From: Polyangia bacterium
GTDB taxonomy: Bacteria > Myxococcota_A > Polyangia > JAAYKL01
NCBI GenBank assembly: GCA_050287845.1
Contig: JBNKCR010000044.1
Span: forward strand, 1 to 20,230
Direction: 5' to 3'
DNA length: 20,230 nt
In this document: positions 1 through 8,341 of the stretch, piece by piece
How positions within the stretch are numbered: position 1 is the stretch's first letter
Layout of the letters: each line of letters starts with the position of its first letter
Notes under the pieces: model-generated
Seen by the model: the letters and a program-made list of their open reading frames with translations, nothing else
Told to the model about the DNA's origin: nothing
Databases searched by the model: none
Translations under genes and position numbers: made by a program

Positions 1-145
1 ACTGAGCTGGGGTTTTTTTCCTGTATCTTCACCACTTTTCCCTCAAATTGTCGCTTTACTGCACAAATACCGGGGTAATTCTTTTTGCACAGCTTTTAGA
101 AACCGCTTAAACACAACGATTCAGAACACCTCGAATAGCTCCTAT

Positions 146-2668
146 TCAAGGAACGGATTGCACGAAAGGTAACAATGAACTAGTTTTAAACATGCCTGTC
201 ACCCACACCATATTCTTCCAGATTTTCACGTCTGTTACGGCCATACCCAATCCGGCTCTACTCACAGGGGTGAGAGTGCCATCATCTTCAATCCTGAGAA
301 CGTGCAAACCATTGATGCCACCGGCAGCATATAGATAGCCGTTGTGGCTTGCGATTTTCACATATCCAGCAGCTGGATAAACATATTCGCTGGAAGGGAG
401 CTGTGGATTACTTAAATTTAGCAGAGTAATTCCGTTTTCGTCCACTATATAGGCATGGGTCGCGTCTATTTCTTCAATATCATTGATTTTCGTGTTGAGA
501 GAAGGGACACACCCCATGTCCTGTAAAACTTGAGGTGGATCGACTTTCACAAGATAAGTACATTCTGGACTATACAGGTACAGATATCCGTTCCACAGGA
601 TGCCGGAGTGGAACTGCATTGTCGTCTGCAAACTAATCTGTGAAATGGGAACTGAAAAATCATTGGCCGCTTTAGAATACACTGATAACACTGAGTTGGC
701 GGCAGTGAAGGTGCCCAATCCATCGTTGGCGGGTTTGGACTCTACTCCCACAATATATAGGTATTCGTTGTTTCCATACAGGCTGGAGCATACGGGATCT
801 TCAATACTATTCCCATTTGGTTTGAACGAACTGTATTGCCATCCTTCTGCCGTAAGTGTCTCTTGAGAGGGATATATATTGCAGGAGACAACCTGGACAT
901 CACTGGTTATCTCCATGTCCGAACCAGGTGTGGAGGGTCCAGGATCGACGGTGATGTCATCTCCCGCCGACGACACTACCATGGAGCGTTCACTTGAGTT
1001 TATCCAGAGTGTGTTTCCGGATGGCGAAGTCGAGAGTTCACCGCCTAGATTTGCTTCGTATATGCTGATAGTGTCCGCATCAAATCCCCATTCAATATCA
1101 ACAATTCGGATACCAATTTCCGGCATTATCGCGAAAATCTGATTTCCTTTTAAAGTCAATTCCTTGATACTGTCTTCCATGTTTATTTCGCGGATTTTTC
1201 CCGTTGAACGTTGAATAACGATAAGCGTGTTTGGCTCCCAGTCGTATGCGAACAGAACAGGGTACACAACAGCAATCAGTGAATCGGATATACTGAAAGA
1301 TGGGTACGTATCCTGATTCTCTTTCTTCTTATGCTGTTTCAGCGCATATTTTTTTCGATTGATGCTGTTTCCCGAAAAATCAAACACCTGAATAGAATCG
1401 CCTAAATCGGAATTGGACACAGATACCGCCAGTGCATTATTCTGCAGGTGATATTTTACAATCCAGGCAGAGGAGTCGAATGATTCAGTCCCTATGAGGA
1501 CTGGCGACAGGGGAGAAGAGATGTCGTAGAATTCAAGGTCTGGAGGCGGGGTCGTGGTATTATTTGCGGTGCGATTCTTCAATACCAGGAGGCGATTTCC
1601 CGAAATGGCGAGATAAACGGAAGTATAATTTGGCATTGGAATTTTCTTTACGACCTGCTGTGTTTCAGCATTCACCACATTCAATTCCATAACCTGATTG
1701 GTGTTGATTACGGCATCGTATCTGACACCTTCAGTGCTAACCGGCGCAGATGAAAAATAAAAATCAAAATAATCGAGTGAGCGGACGGTGATGTCATTTG
1801 CCGGATTCATTACCAGCTGCCCATTGTCAGTCTCTGCCATTCGGTAATTCGTACCATTCATGGTCACAATATCTCCCTCCACACGAATCCAACAGGGCGA
1901 GCAGAGAGTTTCAATACCGGGAAAAAAACATTCAGTCAGGCAGTCTTCGGACAGAATATCTGGAATCGTTCCCTTCATCCCCAATGTAGGTTCACCGCTG
2001 AAGAAACCATAAGTTGCATTGGAGGTGTCTTCACCGTTCAGGATCATACCAGAAACCTCGTTCAATCGTGACAGTCCGGGACGGAATGTTGCCGCGTTCA
2101 GTCTTGGATGCCACAGGGGCAAATCTTTTCGATCAATAGTGCCATCGCTGTTGAGATCACTTTCCAGCAAAGCCTTTGCCACCTGGTTCAAACCTTCCGC
2201 AATATCGTCGTGGCCATAACCTGCAGCCAATGCATAGTGCAGATGTTTATATGCAAGTTCAGTCACTGCGGTGAGTTTTCCACTGTTTGCCAGTAGTTCC
2301 TCACGTGTCAGGATTGCATGCAACTTCCCTCGCATGGGCGACGGTGTACTGTCCAGAATGCCATCATCATTTGAATCAATATCCATTCCTCCGCTTGCCA
2401 CCAGCAAATAAAATCCCTCCTGGAAAATACATTCCCTCGGAATGCGCAGTGCACCCGCCAGGTTGAGGTCGCTGTTGTTTTCAGTTCTAATCGTGCACAA
2501 TGGCTGGCCCGTCAACGTGCTCGTATGGTATATATCTACAGTTGCTCCCACAATGGGGCCGATGGCAAAGCCGGTTACTGGAGTGCCGGTCTGTTCCGAG
2601 CAGGATAGTATAAAAAATCCGAACAAAACGATTTTGAATACGAGTACTGATGATTTCATAAGTTTCAT
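146..2668 (-). CDS. Large secreted lipoprotein with N-terminal Dx[DN]xDG Ca-binding-like loops and C-terminal LVIVD-like beta-propeller repeats
   Basis: Long ORF (ORF track starts at TTG 2674; ATG 2668 lies about 7 nt after GAGGAG). Lipobox FFILS-C. Motifs DIDSNDDG and DLNSDGTIDRKD. LVIVD-like units LEFYDISSPLSPVLIG, ITLLNLSNPQLP, GYLYAAGGINGLHVL. Confidence 0.7.
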   Translation of the reverse strand: MKLMKSSVLVFKIVLFGFFILSCSEQTGTPVTGFAIGPIVGATVDIYHTSTLTGQPLCTIRTENNSDLNLAGALRIPRECIFQEGFYLLVASGGMDIDSNDDGILDSTPSPMRGKLHAILTREELLANSGKLTAVTELAYKHLHYALAAGYGHDDIAEGLNQVAKALLESDLNSDGTIDRKDLPLWHPRLNAATFRPGLSRLNEVSGMILNGEDTSNATYGFFSGEPTLGMKGTIPDILSEDCLTECFFPGIETLCSPCWIRVEGDIVTMNGTNYRMAETDNGQLVMNPANDITVRSLDYFDFYFSSAPVSTEGVRYDAVINTNQVMELNVVNAETQQVVKKIPMPNYTSVYLAISGNRLLVLKNRTANNTTTPPPDLEFYDISSPLSPVLIGTESFDSSAWIVKYHLQNNALAVSVSNSDLGDSIQVFDFSGNSINRKKYALKQHKKKENQDTYPSFSISDSLIAVVYPVLFAYDWEPNTLIVIQRSTGKIREINMEDSIKELTLKGNQIFAIMPEIGIRIVDIEWGFDADTISIYEANLGGELSTSPSGNTLWINSSERSMVVSSAGDDITVDPGPSTPGSDMEITSDVQVVSCNIYPSQETLTAEGWQYSSFKPNGNSIEDPVCSSLYGNNEYLYIVGVESKPANDGLGTFTAANSVLSVYSKAANDFSVPISQISLQTTMQFHSGILWNGYLYLYSPECTYLVKVDPPQVLQDMGCVPSLNTKINDIEEIDATHAYIVDENGITLLNLSNPQLPSSEYVYPAAGYVKIASHNGYLYAAGGINGLHVLRIEDDGTLTPVSRAGLGMAVTDVKIWKNMVWVTGMFKTSSLLPFVQSVP

Positions 2669-2848
2669 AAGCAAATCTCCTCTTTTCTCACGATCGTGAG
2701 CGAGCGAACCCTAATTTTTAAGCATTTTTTTTTTTCATAGTAGCACATAAATGATTCGCATACAGCAGAAAGATTTCCTGAATATTTTATAACTCCGCAG
2801 TGAAGATGGCCACTCCGACCTGATTTTCTCGCAACATCAGCGCACGGA

Positions 2849-3949
2849 TTAGGGACCCAGAGGACCGGGCGTGATGACTTCAAATGCACTGGCCGGGACA
2901 TCTTTAAGTTGTTGTTCGTCTCCGTTCCATCCCGGGTTGGTTTCCGCCTGAAAATAAAATGAGGAACCGTTGTCGGCGAGTATCATTCCGTAGCGTTTCA
3001 TGGCCCGGAGAATGATTTGGGCTGTGGGGTTGAACGATGCGATGTCATAGTCTGCTCTGAGACGCACCCGCATCCCCATGGGCGGATGAGACGGATCGTC
3101 GCCGCAACTGCCGGGGACCGCATAGTGAGAAGCCGGTGCGACATAGTTGCTTCGGGTACAGGGCATGGTGAAGCGAATGGCATGACGGATTTCGCCTTCG
3201 GTGATTTCACTGTATCGGATTAACCCGGCAGCAATGGACAGTCCCGCCGCATCGGCGGAAGTCCATCCCATGGGGCGCTGACCATAACTGTTCTGACTTA
3301 AATCAAACACCGCACCACAGCCGCAATGCCAGCCATCTGATGCGTACGTGCAGTTGCCCGATTCATACAGCATGCATGTGCCTTCCTGCAGGGTGAGCAG
3401 GTGACAGTCACCGTCGCAATCCCACGCGTCGCCACCTTCAATTTTCGCTTCTTCCGGAGTGGGAAAGGGGTAGGGGCCGGGATCGCTTTCCTCGGGGTAC
3501 CAGTCAAAGGATATGGGTCGCATGGGTTCGGTTTCAGGAACGATGTTAATGGGAATTCCCCATTCCTGATTGTCCCAGTTGCCGAAGTCCGGATGCAGAT
3601 TCACATCACCGGCAAGGGCGAGCACATTGCTGGTCCATTGGGCATCCACGGTGGCATTGGAAATGTCCCGGTTCCATTCGTCATCGGCAGTAAAAATGGT
3701 GCACCCGGCAATCACCGGCAAAGTGGTGTTGCTTTCTGTACCGGTATCGTCGTCTGACCCATTGTCCGAAAGCGAGTCGCTTTCCACCTGAGTGGCACTA
3801 TCGAGCTGTGTATCTGAATCCGCAGGCGTTCCCGTGTCTGAACCGGATGAAGTATCAGTGGTATCCGCATCATCTCCTGAACCACCATTGTCCGAACATC
3901 CGAGAACTCCGAAAATCAGCACAATGATAACTATGCATTTAATGGGCAT
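2849..3949 (-). CDS. Conserved hypothetical lipoprotein with D/T/S-rich linker and a globular domain of unknown function
   Basis: Probable start MPIK at 3949 with GAGGG RBS (ORF track extends to 4012). Lipobox VLG-C, then acidic linker, then motifs LHPDFG, ESDPGPYP, GWTSADAAGL, HAIRFT, PPMG.R.RL, YGMILADNGS that I recognise from a widespread uncharacterised secreted family. Confidence 0.75.
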   Translation of the reverse strand: MPIKCIVIIVLIFGVLGCSDNGGSGDDADTTDTSSGSDTGTPADSDTQLDSATQVESDSLSDNGSDDDTGTESNTTLPVIAGCTIFTADDEWNRDISNATVDAQWTSNVLALAGDVNLHPDFGNWDNQEWGIPINIVPETEPMRPISFDWYPEESDPGPYPFPTPEEAKIEGGDAWDCDGDCHLLTLQEGTCMLYESGNCTYASDGWHCGCGAVFDLSQNSYGQRPMGWTSADAAGLSIAAGLIRYSEITEGEIRHAIRFTMPCTRSNYVAPASHYAVPGSCGDDPSHPPMGMRVRLRADYDIASFNPTAQIILRAMKRYGMILADNGSSFYFQAETNPGWNGDEQQLKDVPASAFEVITPGPLGP

Positions 3950-4053
3950 GTTTCCCTCACTTCGTTGGCGCCGCCAGTCCAGGGCGTTGTTGTGAAACAG
4001 ATATTTTAGCACATCTCATTGAGGTGAATCGAATTATGACTTACATTGCCGCC

Positions 4054-5082
4054 ATGAAAGCATGGATTCTGGACAAAGTTACGTCAGTTGCAGAAAATCC
4101 GGAACCGCTGCGTCTGGTTTCCCTGGCAAAGCCGGAGCCGAAAGCGGGCGAAGTGTTGGTTCGCGTTGGTGCCTGCGGCGTGTGCCATACGGAACTGGAC
4201 GAAATTGAAGGGCGAACGCCGCCGCCACGATATCCGGTAGTTCCCGGTCACCAGGTGGTGGGCATCATTGAAGCGCACAATGGAAAACGACGCGATGTTC
4301 AACCGGGAGATCGTGTGGGAGTGGCTTGGATTTTCAGTGCCTGCGGTCACTGCGATAGTTGCCTGGCGGGATATGAAAATCTTTGTGCGGATTTTCTGGC
4401 CACAGGCAGAGACCGTCATGGAGGGTATGCCGAGTACATGGTTGCCGATGAACGGTTTGTGTATCCCATTCCCCGGGTATTCACTGATGCGCAGGCCGCG
4501 CCATTGCTTTGCGCCGGTGCCATTGGTTATCGCTCGCTGGCATTGTGTCTGCCCCGCGATGGTCAGCGTATCGGCCTTACTGGATTTGGTGCATCCGGTC
4601 ATCTGGTTCTCAAGTTGATACAGTATCAATTCCCGCAATCAGAGGTGTACGTTTTTGCACGCAGTGAACAGGAGCGGGCGTTTGCCCTGGACCTGGGCGC
4701 CTGTTGGGCTGGGGATACCAGCGACAGTCCACCTTATCTGCTGGATGCCATCATCGATACCACACCTGTGTGGACGCCCGTTTTTTATGCGTTGCGCGCG
4801 CTTCGACCCGGCGGCAGGCTGGTGATCAATGCTATCCGTAAAGAAAGCCACGATATTCACATTCTGACAGAACTGGACTATCCGTCGCAACTCTGGCTTG
4901 AAAAAGAAATAAAAAGCGTAGCCAACGTTACCCGGCACGATGTCACTGAGTTTATTCGCATCGCTGCAGAGATGCCATTCATCCCCGATATTGAAATCTA
5001 CCCCTTCGCCGATGCCAACCGCGCCCTCCACGATATCCGTACCCGAAACATAAAAGGGGCAAAAGTACTGACCGTAGAGTGA
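4054..5082 (+). CDS. Zinc-dependent alcohol dehydrogenase (MDR superfamily)
   Basis: CGVCHTE catalytic Zn Cys, PGHQVVG (GHE variant), structural Zn cluster CGHCDSC...C, APLLCAGAIGY, Rossmann GFGASG. Start taken at MKAW (4054); ORF track starts at 4024. Confidence 0.93.
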   Translation: MKAWILDKVTSVAENPEPLRLVSLAKPEPKAGEVLVRVGACGVCHTELDEIEGRTPPPRYPVVPGHQVVGIIEAHNGKRRDVQPGDRVGVAWIFSACGHCDSCLAGYENLCADFLATGRDRHGGYAEYMVADERFVYPIPRVFTDAQAAPLLCAGAIGYRSLALCLPRDGQRIGLTGFGASGHLVLKLIQYQFPQSEVYVFARSEQERAFALDLGACWAGDTSDSPPYLLDAIIDTTPVWTPVFYALRALRPGGRLVINAIRKESHDIHILTELDYPSQLWLEKEIKSVANVTRHDVTEFIRIAAEMPFIPDIEIYPFADANRALHDIRTRNIKGAKVLTVE

Positions 5083-5142
5083 CGGTAACGGTCGGACAGA
5101 GGTCATCATAATATCCGGCTTCAGGACTGATGGAATGCAAAC

Positions 5143-5177
5143 AAAAAAAGCCTATCGATTTCTCGATAGGCTTTTTT
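5143..5177. terminator. Bidirectional intrinsic terminator between the dehydrogenase gene and the tRNA pair
   Basis: A7-GCCTATCGA-tttc-TCGATAGGC-T6: perfect stem with A/T tracts on both sides, between convergent transcripts. Confidence 0.9.
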
Positions 5178-5178
5178 G

Positions 5179-5252
<74 letters not shown>

Positions 5253-5298
5253 AATTTTCAAAGATAGATTTTGAAGATTGACTCTCCAAAACTCTTTG

Positions 5299-5371
5299 TG
5301 GGCAGGACAGGGCTTGAACCTGCGACATTCGGCTTGTAAGGCCGACGCTCTCCCAACTGAGCTACCCGCCC
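5299..5371 (-). tRNA. tRNA-Val(TAC)
   Basis: Reverse complement GGGCGGGTAGCTCAGTTGGGAGAGCGTCGGCCTTACAAGCCGAATGTCGCAGGTTCAAGCCCTGTCCTGCCCA. Anticodon TAC, T-loop GTTCAAG. CCA not encoded. Confidence 0.97.
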
Positions 5372-5384
5372 AAAGAGTGAGGGG

Positions 5385-5447
5385 GATTTATCATCGCGAA
5401 TGTGTTGTGTCAATAATTTATTTTGTGAAAAGTTATTTTTTTTTATT
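5385..5447 (-). promoter_or_regulatory. Putative sigma70 promoter for tRNA-Val/tRNA-Asp with AT-rich UP-like element
   Basis: Minus-strand TTGACA (5413-5408), an imperfect -10 (TGATAAAT) 15-17 nt downstream, and A-tracts upstream of the -35. Confidence 0.5.
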
Positions 5448-5741
5448 TGCCTTGTAAAACCTTGCAACTACCGAAAACTGCACCGCTTTGAATATTTTTT
5501 TTCAGAGAGGTGAGTTGCAGAATGCCGTTGATATATTAAATGTTCAGAGATTCAAATTCGGGAAAAAAGCGTTTCTACATTGACATAATCAGGGAATCAT
5601 TGTGTCATTTCCAGACGCTGAATTTCCCAGGGACTTGAACGGCTGATTAGCGTTGTGTACATTACCAAATTCATGTATGCATACATCCCCGTGTGGGGAA
5701 ACACAAAAACGACAACACGACATTATTGATAAGAAGAGAAT

Positions 5742-6506
5742 ATGGCGCGAATCATTTCCATAGCAAATCAGAAGGGCGGAGTTGGAAAAACCACCACTGC
5801 CATTAACCTGGGGGCATCTCTCGCTGCGGCCGAAAAGACTGTTCTTATCATTGATTTGGATCCTCAGGCCAATGCCACATCCGGTCTGGGGTTGGATCCG
5901 GATGAATATGAATACAGCAGTTACGATATATTGATAGGTGAGTGCGACGCCCAGACGGCGCTGACCACCAGCGAGTTGGATTTTCTGGATGTCATACCGG
6001 CCAACAAGGATTTGGCAGGAGCGGAAGTGGAGCTGGTCCACGCGGAGGATCGGGCGGTTCGTCTGAAGCGGGCCCTGGCAGGCGGGTTTGCTGATAAATA
6101 CGATTTTATTATCATTGATTGTCCGCCTTCTCTCGGGATGCTGACGCTGAATGCACTCTGCGCTGCGGATGCTGTTATTGTACCGCTTCAGTGTGAGTAT
6201 TATGCCCTTGAAGGATTGACTCGATTACTGGAAACGATTGGCATGTTGCGAAATCAGTTGAACAGTAGTCTGGTTATTGATGGTATCGTTCTAACGATGT
6301 ATGACAAACGGAATAATCTGTCGCGGCAGGTGGAAAAAGAAGTACGTGATAATTTTGATGGTCACGTTTTTCAGACAATTATCCCCAGAAATGTGAAACT
6401 TTCTGAGTCACCGTCTTTTGGAAAGCCGGCAATTCTTTACGATGTGCGGTCACCGGGGTCTCAGCAATATTTAAAATTTGCGCAGGAATATTTGGCGATA
6501 CAGTGA
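5742..6506 (+). CDS. parA: Chromosome partitioning ATPase ParA/Soj
   Basis: Deviant Walker A ANQKGGVGKTTT, DLDPQANATSGLG, Walker B IIIDCPPSLG, QCEYYALEG, IPRNVKLSESPSFG. Confidence 0.97.
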   Translation: MARIISIANQKGGVGKTTTAINLGASLAAAEKTVLIIDLDPQANATSGLGLDPDEYEYSSYDILIGECDAQTALTTSELDFLDVIPANKDLAGAEVELVHAEDRAVRLKRALAGGFADKYDFIIIDCPPSLGMLTLNALCAADAVIVPLQCEYYALEGLTRLLETIGMLRNQLNSSLVIDGIVLTMYDKRNNLSRQVEKEVRDNFDGHVFQTIIPRNVKLSESPSFGKPAILYDVRSPGSQQYLKFAQEYLAIQ

Positions 6507-6509
6507 TTC

Positions 6510-7406
6510 ATGGCAGTTTCTAAAAGTCAACCACCGAAAAGACGAGCACTTGGCAAAGGGTTGGATGCACTCATTCCGGGAGCGTCCGCCAGTATGGACC
6601 GCAGTGGAGATCAGGGGCTGAGGGAATTCATCCGATGTCCCATCAATCGGGTGAAGCCCGATCCCAACCAACCCCGGCGAAATTTTGACAAGGAAGCCCT
6701 TAATGATCTGGTCATCTCTATTCGGGAGCAGGGGATTATTCAGCCATTGATTGTCCGGCGGGTTGGAGATAACTACGAACTCATCGCCGGGGAACGTCGC
6801 TGGCGTGCAGCGCAGCTGGCCGGTCTCAAGGAAGTGCCGCTTGTTATTAAGGATGTCACCGAAGGTCAGGCCTTTGAGATGGCGTTGGTGGAGAATATTC
6901 AACGGGAAGACTTGAATCCCATCGAAGAAGCGGAAGCAATCAACCGGCTGCTGACGGAACACAATTATACGCAGGCGGAATTGTCTGAACGAATCGGCCG
7001 GAATCGCTCCACCATCTCCAACAGTCTTCGTCTGCTCGGATTACCGCTGGAAGTGAAACAGATGGTGCTCAATCGCGAGATGACTGAGGGGCATGCTCGC
7101 GCCATCTTGCAGGCAGGCAAGGAAAACGACATGGTTTCGCTTGCAAAAATGGTGGTGGCGAAGCAGCTGTCGGTGAGAGCGACGGAGGGGCAGGCGAGGT
7201 CTCTGGCAAAAGGCAAAGACCTGGCAAAGAAGGCGGCCAGAACCGTCAATGAAAAAAGCCCGCAAGTCAAGAATCTGATCGAACGTCTGCAAGCGGCGCT
7301 GGGAGCTCGCGTGGATATTGTTGATCGGGCGGGCAAGGGAAAACTTGAAATTACCTACACCAGTTATGAAGAACTGGATGGCATTCTGGATCGCATTCTG
7401 CGGTGA
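6510..7406 (+). CDS. parB: Chromosome partitioning protein ParB/Spo0J
   Basis: N-terminal ALGKGLDALI ParA-interaction peptide, PNQPRR, CTP-binding GERRWRAA, ENIQREDLNPIEEA, HTH region; 3 nt after parA. Confidence 0.97.
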   Translation: MAVSKSQPPKRRALGKGLDALIPGASASMDRSGDQGLREFIRCPINRVKPDPNQPRRNFDKEALNDLVISIREQGIIQPLIVRRVGDNYELIAGERRWRAAQLAGLKEVPLVIKDVTEGQAFEMALVENIQREDLNPIEEAEAINRLLTEHNYTQAELSERIGRNRSTISNSLRLLGLPLEVKQMVLNREMTEGHARAILQAGKENDMVSLAKMVVAKQLSVRATEGQARSLAKGKDLAKKAARTVNEKSPQVKNLIERLQAALGARVDIVDRAGKGKLEITYTSYEELDGILDRILR

Positions 7407-7651
7407 TTTTCGAAAAAAGAGTCTGATCCCTTTTCGCCGGGCAAAATTGGCACTATCTTTTTTTCTGTTCGCAACACCTGTTGAATATCCGGAGTTTCAT
7501 CTGTGAAGGTGGCGGAATATGAAAGAGCTTGCTTTCGCTGAAACCGGGCATATGTGGGACGATTGGATCACTGTGACCTTCTCTCTACAGGGAGAGCAAA
7601 CGATTCGAACGCGAGTGCTGATTAGTCGAGTGTACCAGGGAGGAGAGCCTT

Positions 7652-8242
7652 ATGAAATTATTTCTTCTGTTGATCATCGTCGCCACTGTGGCGGCATGTG
7701 CGACCACCACTCAACCGGGAAAGCCATTTTCTGATTCGGAGAGACGTTTCTTTGATGACGGAATGGATGTGATGGAAGATGTGACATTGATTCAGGGACA
7801 ATTCGGATTCGATGCTCGTGAAGCGCTGGATGCCCGATGCAATCTGGCAGATGTAATCGCAGAGGTGACCATTGTTTCGGTGCAGGATACGGCAGGTATG
7901 GGTGGTGTTGGTGAAAAGCGTATAGAAGTTAAAGTGGACAGAATTATATACGGCGATTGGTCTGCGGGAGAACTGAATCTCATCAGCAATGCAAATGCCC
8001 TGGGGTACACGCTTCTCAATCGGTATGAATCAGTACTTTCCGGTTCCAAAATGCTATTTTTGAGAACCTTTGTTTCTGCGGAAGAAAACGGGAATATTGG
8101 CCATCATTTTCATCTGTCACCCGGGACCGAAGCCATCGACCGTTCCGTGGCGACCTTTGTTGGCAAGCGGATTGAGGCCGAGTCGAAGCCGCGTGACGGT
8201 AAGAAAAAATCGACTGAAGCCAGCGAATCTGATGAGGATTGA
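7652..8242 (+). CDS. Hypothetical lipoprotein
   Basis: GGAGGAG RBS; signal MKLFLLLIIVATVAA-C; charged C-terminal tail. Confidence 0.75.
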   Translation: MKLFLLLIIVATVAACATTTQPGKPFSDSERRFFDDGMDVMEDVTLIQGQFGFDAREALDARCNLADVIAEVTIVSVQDTAGMGGVGEKRIEVKVDRIIYGDWSAGELNLISNANALGYTLLNRYESVLSGSKMLFLRTFVSAEENGNIGHHFHLSPGTEAIDRSVATFVGKRIEAESKPRDGKKKSTEASESDED

Positions 8243-8281
8243 GCGCTGAGTCTCCGGACGCGCCTGAGGACACTGATCAGT

Positions 8282-8328
8282 ATTAAATTGCCAGTCTGAC
8301 GCAGCAAATGCCATGTAGGCAATTTAAT
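8282..8328. terminator. Inverted repeat between convergent genes (possible terminator or RNA-stabilising hairpin)
   Basis: ATTAAATTGCC (8282-8292) and GGCAATTTAAT (8318-8328): perfect 11-bp inverted repeat with a 25-nt spacer. Confidence 0.5.
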
Positions 8329-8341
8329 TTCGACCACTGTC

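Noticed and set aside
3984..3999. parS-like half site GTGAAACA (weak look-alikes also near 5690 and 11750)
   Set aside because: Only half of the 16-bp palindrome matches.
1..5178. tRNA-anchored genomic island
   Set aside because: No integrase or att duplication in the window, and the native terminator directly follows tRNA-Asp.
5258..5467. 69-aa minus-strand ORF
   Set aside because: It overlaps tRNA-Val and its promoter; the translation is just read-through of tRNA sequence.
7519..7734. 71-aa ORF after parB
   Set aside because: Overlaps the better-supported lipoprotein gene (strong RBS and lipobox) by 83 nt and has no recognisable motif.
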